A DNA stretch of 64,000 nucleotides from Chrysomallon squamiferum (lineage: Eukaryota > Animalia > Mollusca), in contig CM022668.1 of the NCBI GenBank assembly GCA_012295275.1, positions 10,850,001-10,914,000 on the forward strand, given 5' to 3'. This document shows, one piece after another, positions 41,198 through 60,592 of the stretch. The stretch's first letter is position 1. Each line of letters begins with the position of its first letter. The notes below the pieces were generated by a model. That model was not told the DNA's origin, ran no database searches, and saw nothing but the letters and a program-made list of their open reading frames with translations. The translations under genes were made by a program, and so were the position numbers.

Positions 41198-41439
41198 AAA
41201 GAAGAAAGAAGAGTAACAATACCAGGACATGTCTTCGCTTTTTCGCATCTTTCTCTTCCAGTTTTCTTGTTAATTCCCTGACAGTTTTCACCTTTTGGTT
41301 TTGGTTTTGGATTGTCGCACTTTCTGCTGTAGCGAGCAACCTGCCAGCCAAACCCACATTCCACATTACACTCCCCTTTTTCATCCACCGTCCAAGTACC
41401 CCACGCACCGTCAGCTATAAAAATAGCACTATCCATTAA

Positions 41440-41491
<52 letters not shown>

Positions 41492-43428
41492 CCATGTATG
41501 AAGGCTTGGATGTGTTTGTATTTATTTTATGATTTTTAATATTTTCTGTCATATGCATGTTAGGTTACTCTGCACATTGATAATGTTTAAGAAAGCTCTG
41601 GCATAGTAGTGTCGATATATGTAATTTATTTTTGATTTAGCTGACCAGCTGTATTAGTAGTAGTAGTAATAATAGTAATAAAAATAGTGATGATGATGAT
41701 AAAATTACTACTACTACTACTACTACTACTACAACTACTACTGCTAATACTAATACAGTATTCCCTCGCTATTCGCGGGGGTTACGTTCTTTACCCCACC
41801 GCGAATAGCGAAAAACCGCGAATATTGGATGCAGTTTTAAAACGTCTATTATGAGATTATATACGGTACTAAATGCTTCCCAAACACTTTCTAAAGACAC
41901 TCTTACTCATTAATACAGTAATAAAGTAATATTGCATGCAGTTATGTATTTCACTAATGTAGTAATGATAATGTAAACACATTTTAATTTTGTACTGAAA
42001 CAATATTTTAATCAGAAAGAAACGTAAGTGCAGGAGGACAGTAACACCGCATAGCATAGTTACCCATACTGTATTACTGCACCGTAAAGTCATTTTCTAT
42101 GCGTACAACATATGTATTAGAATTGACAGAAAGTGGAACAAATTTAAAGGCAAAACAGACAGATAAATACAGTGCAATTAAAAACATTATTAATACACGG
42201 TCACAAAAAATATGCACTGTATATACAGTGTATGCATTTATAAAAAAAAATACGTACTGTATTGCAATAATAATTGAAAAAATTTGATATTGTTTGTGCG
42301 GTTTACCGAGCATTTGTTTTTATGACGTTATGACGCTCGCCTGGTATACCAGCATACAATGCGATAGGGTTAAGAGCCTAACCCGCGAATATGCGGGGCC
42401 GCGAATGGGGAACCGCGAATAGGTGAGGGTATACTGTAATAATAAAAACGATAATAAAATATTGATTGTCTTCTAGATGTGAGTCTAGATTTGAACCCAT
42501 CCTTGATCTCGCTCCTTGCTGGAGGATTATTTAAAATTCTGATCGTATACGCTGTCAATATTTACGTGTGTCGTATCCTTGTACAATAACTTCACAGAGT
42601 GTTAGTACATCCCGAGAGTTCACTACACCTGTCTTCCTGATGTAAACCTGTATTCCAGTCTGTTCCTGCTGACATTTCATTACTAATAACTCTCCTGCCG
42701 GGATAGGATCTTCACGATGAATACACAGACCTAAACTGTTGTTCTGCCTCTTAACCTCAATGTAAATATCACGAAGTTCTTCACCTGAAGTTTTAAAATA
42801 AATGAATCAATCAATCAATCAATGAAAGAATCAATAAAATAAAATGGTTATGACTAGTGTCCCTTTGCTATATATATATACCCGATTCCAGTTCTGAATA
42901 CCATACAAATCGTGTTTATTGTGAATCAGTATTTTAAAACCTACTTGAATATTTTACACAAAACAAAAAATCACCGTGATGCAAAATTCCCACTGCTGTC
43001 ACAGTCACTTCGTTTTCTAAGTTGACATTCCATTGCGGACTACTGTCGTTCACTAGTGTTCTGGTACAGGATTCGTCCGTAATTCCGTCCACTGTTACTG
43101 ATGCTGGTTTGCCATCTGTGCTAGACTGTTTCACAGGCTTTTTCAGTGCCCAGTTGTCAATGGCTAACATAACAAAAATAAATGAGTTACCTTTACACAC
43201 AGTAGTTTCGCTTTAGCATAAATAACGTAACACAGAATAGTTTTGCTTTAACATAAGTAAGATAGCAGGAATCAGTACTTCAGACAAGTTATTAATTAAT
43301 TTATTTATTTATTTAATTGCATATAATTATTAGTACTACTACTACTGCTACTACTACTACTAGTATTATTATTATTATTACTAATACTAATACTAGAAAA
43401 ATGCAAAACTATTAACGACTAAAAACCA

Positions 43429-43461
<33 letters not shown>

Positions 43462-44934
43462 TTTTCATAGCAATAGTAATAATAAAAAAACAACAAGAAA
43501 AAAAAAAACAGACAATTAATAATAATAAGAAGAAGAACAAGAACAACAATAACGACAACAGAAACAACATAGTTATAAAATTAAACGTACGCTTGTCGTT
43601 TCCCTCTACAAACACTTCACATAAAGTGAGAACAGGTTGATACTTGGTGATGACCACGAACCTCCCTCTGATAGTCTTTTTGCATTTTATGAATGTCAGC
43701 TCTCCTGCAGAGAATTTCGGTTGGAAAGCGCAAGATGGACCAAGCAGATAATTAGGGATTTTGTGGGTAGTTATCATAACATTATGAAGTCTCTCTCCTT
43801 ATTTCAAATAAATAAATAAATAAATAAATAAGTGTGTAAGTAGATAAGGATGTAAATAAATCTACAGGACTGACTGGACATATATATTCGTAATTAAATC
43901 GTCATGAGAACGATCTACATAATTATCATAATCATCATTCTTAGTAGCAGTAATAGTATTACTACTACTGCTACTACCACTACTACTATTACTATTATTA
44001 TAAAAATTATTCTTATTATTATAAAAATTATTATTATTATGATGATGATTATTATTATTATTATGTGTGTGCGTGTCCCTACACATCTGGTGTTTATTCT
44101 TTCTCAAAGTGTATATCAGTGTCTGACAGTGCATTTCATACCACAGCAATCACCACGATTAATAATTCCCACCGCTGTAACGGTGATGACTTTTCCGATG
44201 TCAACTTTCCACCAAGGATACAAGTTCGTCGTCAGAGTGTGAGTGCACGACAAATCAAAGAAGTCAGAAGAGTTGTTACCGTCGACTGCAAGATGAGCCG
44301 ACGACGTGTTCCACGTCGTTGACTGCTCTGCATGCTTTCCCAGGGCCCAGTTCACACATACTGAAACAGACGAACTTTGACACAGTGTTCAGAGCAGCCA
44401 CCGACAACATCGACCCTCTCGGGAACAACGTAGACGATTAATTATTGAATAGATAAAAGCATAAACAAACAGCAAACAAAGATGTACAAAGCAGTAAACA
44501 TATAAACAAGGAGTAACGATATAAACAAAACGTATATATATAAACAATAAAAACACGCAAAAAACACATTTAATATAAACAAATAATAAAAATATAAATA
44601 AATAGTAAACGTATGAAGAAGCGGTAAAGATGTATGCAAGTATTAGGCAGATTAAGAGGAAATGTGATCTGTAAGCGATTAACTAATAGTGTCATTCAGA
44701 ACGTAGGTTCAGTTTCTATTTGGAGGGAGTTACCCTTCAAATTCACTACACTTCAAAATATAATATACTCAGTTAATATCATTATAAGTCAGTGGACACG
44801 CACACACACACAGACAATTACATTTCCGTCAGTATAAAATATAAATATACAAATATAAATAAATATGTATATTCATACTTACCACAGCGTTTAACCAACT
44901 TATATGTAATTATTAGCAATATTATCATATCCAT
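36283..44934 (-). CDS. Gene B3: intact type I membrane F-type lectin/TSR protein (SP-FTLD-degenerate FTLD-4xTSR-TM-Tyr/acidic tail), ~683 aa
   Basis: Exons: 44934-44883 SP; 44360-44142 + 43797-43591 FTLD1 (CTH..NRGDCC/GER); 43163-42975 + 42784-42566 FTLD2; TSRs 41414-41223, 40839-40648, 40221-40030, 37459-37265; TM 36951-36855 (LVIGVVIISVLCGTTIYCCVY); tail 36580-36283. Total 2052 nt, no internal stop seen. The donor at 42975 is the least certain boundary. Confidence 0.88.
38353..39705 (-). mobile_element. hAT transposase remnant (B3 copy)
   Basis: Paralogous to 16013-17335; retains extra segment FEDFFTKEELLTQLPLQATTSGVDIYNAVTEF. Confidence 0.85.
41756..42436. mobile_element. pogo/Tigger-like MITE inserted only in B3
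   Basis: TA duplication; TIRs CAGTATTCCCTCGCTATTCGCGG ... CCGCGAATAGGTGAGGGTATACTG; empty site visible in B1 (~21640-21660) and B2 (~31510-31530). Confidence 0.88.
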
Positions 44935-45026
44935 ACTGGACCGATATGATCTACTAACAAAAACAAAAAAAAAAAAAAAAAAAAAATAGAAAGCAAGAAA
45001 GGGAAGAAAAATGAAATACTATGAAA

Positions 45027-45084
<58 letters not shown>

Positions 45085-45476
45085 GTTCGAAATGGATACG
45101 TTCCATCTACTAAGCTTTATGTTTGGATCCCATTTCGTAAATGAACGAACCAAATAAGTTTATGTTGACATGACGTCACACGCGACCGGTCCACCCTTGG
45201 CAAGTCATGGGTGTTGCCCTATTGTTGATAATGTCTATATAAAGAATTAATTATGTTTCGTGTTCACCAAAATGACTGACAACTACGTTATCACTCCTCG
45301 CAACATAGCAATGGTCCAATGATGTTAAAAGACGTGGCATGACGTAATCTTTGTATTCTGTTAAACAGACGTGTTTATCAAAGTTGCATTACTGTTATTT
45401 ATTTTCAAAAGCAACGTCTGTGAATAACAAGAAGCCCCCAAACAGGTAAAACACAAAACTGTGAACCATGACCACA

Positions 45477-45510
<34 letters not shown>

Positions 45511-45536
45511 GTAGTAGTAGTAGTAGTAGTAGTAGT

Positions 45537-45567
<31 letters not shown>

Positions 45568-46332
45568 TTGTGTTATGAGAAATAAAACTGTTAATTAAAT
45601 TATTTGTTGTATTCTGTAGGTATTATATTCTTACTAGGTATGTATTTCTACAAATGCACCGCGACCTGTAAACGTGATGTTGTAAATTAACAGCTAAAAA
45701 CGTTAAATAAATAGTTTTCCATAATTTGGTTTTCAGTTTCATTATAAGTTAAATTTGTTTGATGAGCGCTTAGGGTGTTTACACACAGATTCTTATAGAA
45801 TTAAAAATAAATAAATGCATGGAGATACAATTTTTAAGATGACGTTATTAGATCCGTGCTTTCCTGACTCTCTATTGTTCATAGGCGGCTAAGCCTAAGT
45901 TATTAATTCTTTATTTACTTATTTGCTTGTTTGTTTGTTTGTTTATTTGTGTATTTACCTATTTTTATTTTCCAGTTTTAAATAAATAAATAATAAAATA
46001 CTAACCAGTTCAAAAGACTTTTGAAGGCTACTTTAAAAAGTATTGGAGTGACGTCAAGATAAAATCATAACGTCATAAATGATTACTTCCGGAGTGAATG
46101 ATCCACGATAAAGAGAAAAAAAAATACAGAATGAAAATGTTTATCTCTTTGAGTATTTACTGCTGTTATGAAGACTATTCAGACAGCACAGCATCTTCTG
46201 TATAATTTGAAAAAAAACACTATTGAAATAAAATTCAGAGGTGAATGAATTTCTGTGTGTGTGAAAGAGAGAGAAAGAGAGGGGGAAAATAAGAAATAAT
46301 AATAATAATAATAGCAAGAGTTATTATAATTA

Positions 46333-46394
<62 letters not shown>

Positions 46395-46829
46395 TGTATT
46401 ATATACTAAAAGAAAGAAAGAGAAGAAAACGGTTTAGTACATTTTAAAATTTCAAGTCATAATCTCTTGAAATTATTGCTCCGTAACACCTTAATCTTGT
46501 AACATCTTAAACTTTAAAAAAACTGGGTTTTCCTCTCTGATTGCATTGACAATCATTATTGATATTTTATTGTTATTGTTGTTCTTGTCGTTTTTCTTGT
46601 TCATCTTATTATTATTATTGTCTTTATTATTTATTTATTTTATTTTATTTTATTTTTCTTCTTTCAAATAGTAAATATAGTGTTAAAAGGAACTAAAACG
46701 TGAATGATTTGTTGTAATCTAAATATTACATAATTTAACATTTTCTGTCATGTTATGATGCTTGTGTTTGCATGTGTTTTTCGTTGAACTTTTATATTAT
46801 TTATCTAACTTTATCTCTTTTTTAGAATC

Positions 46830-46862
<33 letters not shown>

Positions 46863-47039
46863 CGCGCTTTACCATTCTTTAAGACATATATATAATGGAA
46901 TGGAATTATCAATATATCTGTTTCACATATAAACAGTGTTTCTTTTTTTACATTTTGAGATGAATGGTGCAATAGATGACACAAACATCATATTTAACAC
47001 TTTGTTCTTTTGAGGTTTCTAATCAAAACTGCCTGATTG

Positions 47040-48630
47040 GCCATTTGACAGTCCAAGGTGCCAGCCATTTTTTTAAGATGGCCGCCACGTTGATTTTCCT
47101 CTTAGAAATATTTGTAGTTGCATAATTATGTCTCTGTCTGTATTATGGAGTACAAATATCTCCCGATTTTCGAAGTAAATGAAGTTGAATGAAGTAGATG
47201 TGTCAAAGTGAATAGAAGCCATTACCCGTTATTTAATTAATATTTCCAATCGATCGCCAAGTAACAATTTCGTGAAGGTCAAACTCAGCATGGGTTCATT
47301 GTCAGGTAAGTAGAAGGTTTGCTGGCATCATTTTTGGCATCATACTGCAACAACTTACTAGTGTCCCACATGTTACCTAATAAACCCATATCAACATGCA
47401 GCCGCAACTGAATTGCTAAGACGTGTCAGCACGGTCAAACCGAGCCAAAGATAACGTTATTTTAATTATCTGGACCGCACTGGATCTATGACACTGGATG
47501 AATGATCGAACTAGGTGCGGGACAGATGCAGGAAGTGTTCATTACACATGTACACTGTGGTATCAAGAGAGTTGCAGACTTCTGTTTAACAACACAAATA
47601 AACAAAGAGCTGGGAAAAGATCGATCCATGCAGGTGTTAGTGATGAGGGCTGCAGAACTAAGATCCCACGAAACGACCAAGAAGCAAAAACACAAGAATG
47701 TTTTCTTTGCGAAACAAGAGCAAGCTTGACGCGCAAATGAAAATCCAAATGGAGAACCTAGCGGAAATTCAGTCATCACTGATAGTTCAGCACTTCTCAA
47801 AGTCCTACCTTCATATACTGCAAAGACATTTGCTGATTAATCTAAAGGAAACACCATTCCGAAATGTGGAATGCTATAGTGCCAAGTACGAGATAGTGGT
47901 CTGACGTCCGAGGCAACATCGAAAAGTGGTCAAAGACGACAAGCACAGACGACAAGCACAGTCATTATCACAAAGGGAAAACATGCCGTTAGCACCACAT
48001 GAACGTCTCTGGTTGTTGTGTCTTGATGTTGTCTTGAAGAATCCGAATCGTTTTAACTGCCAGGGATGCAAGTCCATTGTAATTAAAGTTAATTACGCGG
48101 GCCTACTAGTCATAACAATATCTGTACTGTCATCCTTATTGGAATTAGTTCATGAGAAGATGTGGATTGTCTTTGCCCAAGGAGCCATGGCGCGATGAAT
48201 TTCAGTCCACAAAGTAGTTTCCGCAATAGGGCCCGAGAAAGCTAAAAGGATTCCACACTTCCATGCATTCACTGGATATGATGTTGTATCTGAGACCTGG
48301 TGGGTCTTTGATGATGTTTCTGAAACATTCACCAATCTCAGCAAGCATCCTACGCTGATTAGTAATCTTGTCCCGGAGAAGCAGAAGGGATACGTTCAAC
48401 TTATTCATGACAAATCTACTGGTATGGACGAAGCAACAGCGGACCTCTTTGCCTGCAAGCAGAGGCCGTACATCTCAATTCCGCCAACACAGCAGAGCAT
48501 GTGGCCTCTTAGGCTGGGATCATCTGTGTCCAGACAACCATCTCCAGTCCAGACATAAGTAGTCCCGCTGAATCGGGATGAAACAGAAAGGAGAGTCGTG
48601 GCAAATATATTGAAGAAAACTACCACTTAA
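47040..48630 (+). mobile_element. Decayed DNA-transposon fragment with XPG/PIN-H3TH-like motifs (Academ-like)
   Basis: Stop-interrupted plus-strand translation GCKSIVIKVNYAGLLVITI..WIVFAQGAMAR*ISVHKVVSAIGPEKAKRIPHFHAFTGYDVVS..IPPTQ resembles the HAFTGCD and LPPT motifs of Academ-type XPG-domain proteins; higher GC than flanks. Family assignment is from memory of motifs. Confidence 0.55.
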
Positions 48631-48939
48631 TGTAGCTTGTTTCGGGTGGTGGCGGTGGTGGGGGATTTATAATCGACTTGATTGATAACAATGGATAAAA
48701 CTGAGCATTTATAAGTTTTTAACTAACTGAAGTTTGATCATGGGTTAAGCAAAATTACCTTTGGACAACCGGGCAAGTCCTTATCCAGACTAAACCTACA
48801 GCCAGAAGTGTTTTATACAGTTACAACTTGAAAAACGTCCATACCTAGACTTTCTAAATGGTCAACATCGGCACTATTTATGCTTGTATCATAATTAACA
48901 TAATTCACATAATCCACTTTAGAGATTATTACACCATGC

Positions 48940-49690
48940 ATGCATGTGGCAATCACTTCGTCTACTTTGTTAACATAGATTTGTATTTACTTACAAGAAC
49001 GTAAAACATAATTTTAAATTACGTTTTATTTTATTTCACAGAAGTAATTTCTAAGAATGTATTTAATTTAGACACATGGTATTAACTTGTGATAAAAATA
49101 ATACTAAAAGCGTATCTAAATCACGTATATTTACATTCATCTTTCATAGCAGTAATGTTGAAAAATATACGTATGTCATGCAAGTTTGAGCAAACGTTAC
49201 AAGTGTCTTAAGTCACGTACGTTTGTGCTAACTTGTCATGTAATTAATATAAAAGCATATATCAGTAATATATTTTTCTTATAACGTGCGTGTGTGTGTG
49301 TGTGTCTTCTCAAAGAACACATGTTAAAATATGTGTAGGTCACGTAGGTTTGTATTTACTGCTCATTTAAGTATTTAAGGCACTTATGTTTATATCAAAT
49401 TCTCATATAATTCATGTTAAAATGATGTGATTGTCATGTCCTTTTTATTAAGCTGTCAAGGAAATAACATTATAAGTATATGTAAGTCACGTACATCTGT
49501 ATTAGCTTCTCCCAGAAGTCATATTAAAAGTATATGTATGTCACGTACTTTTGTATTAATTCCCCATCCGAGTCACGTCAAAATATGTGTAAGTTAACTG
49601 CTTATGTAAGTCACATTAAAAGTATGTATGTCTCGTAAGTTTATATTATCACTTCATAGAAGTTATGATAAAAGTATATGTAGAGAGTGT
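48940..49690. repeat. Degenerate ~50-54 bp minisatellite (core tgtaagtcacgtacgtttgtattaacttctcat) 3' of gene C
   Basis: Recurrent gtcacgta cores, e.g. ~49212, 49339, 49486, 49540; paralogous array at 62380-63100. Confidence 0.7.
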
Positions 49691-49782
49691 ATACAGTGAT
49701 AAAGTGGACGTGTTCGTGAAAGCATTTCTAATGTAAGTGAACGTTAAATATTATCTGAGTCCTAGCTGTTCATATGAATTGT

Positions 49783-55704
<5,922 letters not shown>

Positions 55705-55962
55705 GATAGTAAAACAGGACCTGGAAAGAAGAAAAACATGCATGACGTAAACTGCAATAATAGCTCTGTGTACACAGATGGCAGTATATATGTAAGTGTG
55801 TGCATGTATACATGAATAGCTTAATAAAAATGTAGCAGTATTAACTTAATAATAATACTAAAAGTAAAATAAGATATAAGTACTTACTGCTATTGATATT
55901 ATCATTACATAATAATAGAAACAACAACAATAATAATGATAATGATGACGATGACGAAGACG

Positions 55963-56013
<51 letters not shown>

Positions 56014-56298
56014 TCAGAAGAATAAAATTATACAAAGAACACAAAAGCTTTGACCAAACAAAAACAGTAATTCTTTAAAATTTCATTTAACGAAAATTGT
56101 AAATAAACAAATAAATAAATAAAATGATTACCTGGAATATAAAATTGAAGTAAGCAAAATAAATTCTGGGAAACCGTTAAGAAATTAGAAAAAACTATGA
56201 CAAAAATCGAAATTAAAATAACGTCATCAAGACATGAACAGTTCTAAAAGTGATTTAAATCTCGTTGCAGATGCGAATCCTCGAGATGACCTGGTACG

Positions 56299-56355
<57 letters not shown>

Positions 56356-56932
56356 TGTTCTTCTTGTATTTTGTTTTTCTTCTAATTAGTATTAGAAGAA
56401 ATATTTAAATTAATCTAAAAATAAATAAAAAAGAAAGAAGAACAAGAACAAGGGGGAAAATTAATAAATAAATAAAGAAGAAATTACTTGATTAAAATGA
56501 CAGGAAGTTATCATAGACAAGAATCTCTTATCTGGTTTTAAATAGCGCCTTTGTTTTGTGTTTTCTGTCGGTTAAACTGGTGACGTCATATATATTGCAG
56601 ATATATAGTACATAAAACCAAGTGACGTAGAATACGAACCAGACAGAAAATGGGAACAGAAAGCCTGGCTAGTGCGTTCGCTGTTAGAAACGACAGCACT
56701 ATGGACGAAGATAAAAATGACTGACTATTGATGAATCCAGTCATTAAGGATACACACCCTTGAACTTTTCTGTCGGTGGATATATATTATTATCATTGGT
56801 TTCTCGAAAGTAAATATTTACTGTGTAACGCGTTTGGATGGATTTTGTAAAATGATATTCAACGATACAACAACAACAACAACAACAACAATAATAACTA
56901 TTATTATGTGAGAATGATAACCATATTAATAC

Positions 56933-57180
56933 TTGGACAGTCGTGTAACATGATTTTTGTACGATCTCCTGGGTCTGACTGGACAGAGAATTTCACCAAA
57001 CTCGAAACTGCCACAACTGTATCCACCCATACCTACCACAGGATACACTGCAAACACCTTGTTTACTTGTCATCCAGGAGGTCCACCCACCATCAACTAG
57101 AAAGTATTTAGAAAAAAGAAAGAAATGTTTTCACCATTTTATTTTATACATTATATTCGAACTGTTTCTTTATTTGCTTG

Positions 57181-57238
<58 letters not shown>

Positions 57239-59387
57239 TCTGGTTTTGTAAACACGTTTAAAATCTTGGCTGTGTGTGACAAAACAAGGATAATAACGAC
57301 GGTGACGAATATCATCATCACAAGAAAAGCAACAGCAGCAACAACAACAATAATAACAATAGGACACGTAGCTCGCATGTTGCATGTGTTAGTTTCAGTT
57401 CTGGTATCGTTGCTATGGCACTGTTTACCACCGTGTTGTGGCTTTGGGTTGACACAGGCACGTTTGTATATATTTTTCTCAATTCCACCAATACACGTTG
57501 CGCTTGGATATAATATCGAAGAATTCCACCCTCCATCGACAAAAAATAATAGAATTATATATATGAACTATCATATTTGCTGCCTCTGCCACAGTCACTA
57601 ATACTAGTACTACTACAACACCAGTAAAACTGATTCAACTACATTTAGTATTAGTATTATTAGTAATTCCACTTACCACTAGAAGCGACTGCGCCTTATA
57701 TTACTACTTCTACTAGTAACAGACACGAGGGTGACATACATTACCGAACGTGTAATTACTGACTTATTTAAATAATATTCCTTTCTTCTTCTTCTTCTTC
57801 TTTAAAATAAATAAATAAATAAATAACAATAGCTTGCTAATAATGTCATTAAAAGAAAAAGGTTTTGTAAACTTAGTCTTTGAAAATGTTACAAACTATT
57901 AACGGAGTGAGGCAATACAGAACATAGCACTGACATTATTTAATATAACATACTAATGGGATCAGAACTAATTGACATGACTGTCATAGACATCACTTTT
58001 TTAGTTCTAAACCAGAACCAGATAGGGGTGGAGATAAGGATGAAAGAAAGAAGTAAATAGGAGAATGGATAGGAGATAAGGAGTTGAAAGGGCAGACTAT
58101 AAAGGAAAGAAGGTAGTGGGAAAAAAGAATCAAAAAGTAAAGAGATAACTAGGAATAAATAGGGGAAAAGACAGGGGAAAAGTGGAAACCAGGGGATAAA
58201 ATACAGAAATGACGAGATATAAGGAGGAGAAAAATCAGGAGAAAATCACAACAAAGGACAGGAAATAAGCATTTTAAAAAACCTAGTGTGTTATCACAAC
58301 AACACTGGTGTGATCAGTCCTCATATATAACATTTTTTTGGCACGTGACATCACATGATCCATTCATTGCGATTTGCGATGGCCCCCAAGCTCCATCAAC
58401 TATAAAGTAATTGACTGGTGTTATCATACATACTACACATACTTAGGTCACACACACACACACACATAGTGATAGAGAGAAAGGGAGTGACAGAGCTAGA
58501 CATGTTTACTAAATGTGAAAAGTTGAAAGGCAAAAACAAGAAATAAAAAAGATCAACATCAACAACAACAACACAAATTATTAAAAAAAAAAAAAAAAAA
58601 AAAAACAGTAAATAAATAAAATAAAAATATAATCTTCTTCGAAATATTACACAAAGAAGAGGATGAGCAGGAACAGGACGAATAAGACAATTACTGCACA
58701 CCTAGCGCTGGTTTTGTATTGCGCATCGAAAGTACAGTACGGTATTTTACCGCAGTAATAAATGGCAATAAAGCACTTGTTTACCTCCCTGTCCAGCAAC
58801 ATGCACAACAGGTCCTTACCATTTAGCGGCTGTACTCAGTATAGCGCACGTAGTTCTGTTGTACGTAACAGGTGGCGCGCTGTTCATTGCGGACTGAAAA
58901 TGCTCCTTAGCTGCAGTGTGACCTGACGTGTTTTAATGACAGCACTTTCCATATTTCACGATAAGGAATGGAAATGGAAACTGCGAACGAATCGTACGAC
59001 GATGACAACGAAGAAGAGAACAAAGCAAAGAAAAGAAGAAGAACAAACGAGAAAGAAAGAATAGAAAGGCAACACATAGAGTGGTAAGTGAATGATATGC
59101 ATTTAACGTACTAGGACACAAAATACTGCATAACATGTTTAGAATTTAATTTTCCGTGTTGGAGCCTTCACAAGACTTTCCTATATAAAGCGGATTCGGC
59201 CGACCACAGTATCGTTAGTACACATGCACTTTCCTCCTCTTTACACACTTCTCCTCGCACTACTATTTCGTCCTTCCATCATCAAGTGAAGAAATAATTC
59301 AGAATTGTCATAAATTACAGCGTGAATTTCTGAATCTTAACGACTTTTTATTTATTTCGTTACAACGTCGTATGCTTTGACAAGAAC

Positions 59388-59456
<69 letters not shown>

Positions 59457-60592
59457 CAAAGGAACCCAGGTTCCAGACAAAACACGCTTAAACGAGAAGT
59501 ATTTAGTTTTCTATTTGTAAATAATATTAGAATTTACGATGGAATAAACGTCTTTAATTAGAGTTCGTGAGTAAAATGAAACTTGGTGCGTTTCAAAGTT
59601 GGTACAAAAAACTATTATATCCATAATAAATAATAACATAGTTGGTCACACTGTGCAAATTTCTTTATTCTATCTCCTCTTGTGTTTGACATTTTCTTCA
59701 TAAAGTCCATTTCTGACTCTGAATCAGGTTCTCAGAAACATTTTCTCTAAAGTCAGTTCTTAACTTCAGCTTCTGCTCTATTTACGTTCACATTACCAGC
59801 TTTTAGATTTTATAAGTACTATTATTACATTGTATTTGATTATCCATGTCTTCTTAATATACTCTCATTATAATGTGCTTTGAGCCCTGTTTCAGGAAGA
59901 CAGAGTAATCAGCAAATCATATTTATTATAATAAATGTAGCCTTTACTTGCACTGAGATCAGAAACAAGATCAGCCACCTAGAAATTACATTTCACGTTT
60001 TCTAGTGTATCCAATATATATATTTCATAATCTAGTTATTTTCATTCTGATTAATTTGGTATAAAAAAAGTATCTTTTTTGTACAAGAGGGAACGAAGTT
60101 ATGAATCTTCAAGCATTTTATTTATTTTTTATCTACGGCAAAGTGTGATTTCACAAAATTTGGTTTGACATACAGAGTTGTGAAGAAGATTAGACTGAAT
60201 ATTGAAACATAGTATGACATATTATGAAATAAGCTTTCTCAGAGACGATCTCGCTTCATGTCGGGTCTTTAAAGATTGTAAAAGTCAGTAAAAAAATAAG
60301 TATTAACAAACTCCTAGCTTTGAAACTATTTGACTGAAATCAGGATAAAAAGATATATAATTATAGTTAGGACTCAACCTTATGTTTCAAAAATAAAAAT
60401 CACTTTTAGTATATGACAATCTGATCAATGATGTCTGAAAATTTCAAGGTCATGATGTAAAAGAAGAAGAATACATGCATTTCGTTATTCATCATACATC
60501 GGTGGCTGTATACTTACGCTGATATATAATATGTACTTAACGCAACGCGTTACAATACTAAACGTTATTGTAAAGTATATTATATATGTCAT
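56933..60592 (-). pseudogene. Pseudogene D: decayed paralog of gene C
   Basis: SP exon 60592-60541 with donor GT->TT; eroded TSR exons ~59284-59112, ~58398-58283, 57539-57360 (splice sites lost) and 57096-56933 (164 nt vs 189). No FTLD, TM or tail exons recognisable. Confidence 0.82.

Larger units (their letters stand above)
13810..46805. repeat. Three-unit tandem segmental duplication (about 13.8-25.8, 25.9-36.0 and 36.1-46.8 kb), each unit carrying one gene B copy
   Basis: Collinear near-identical exons, introns, hAT remnant and upstream region in each unit; same junction sequence at ~25790-25935 and ~35992-36135. Confidence 0.93.
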
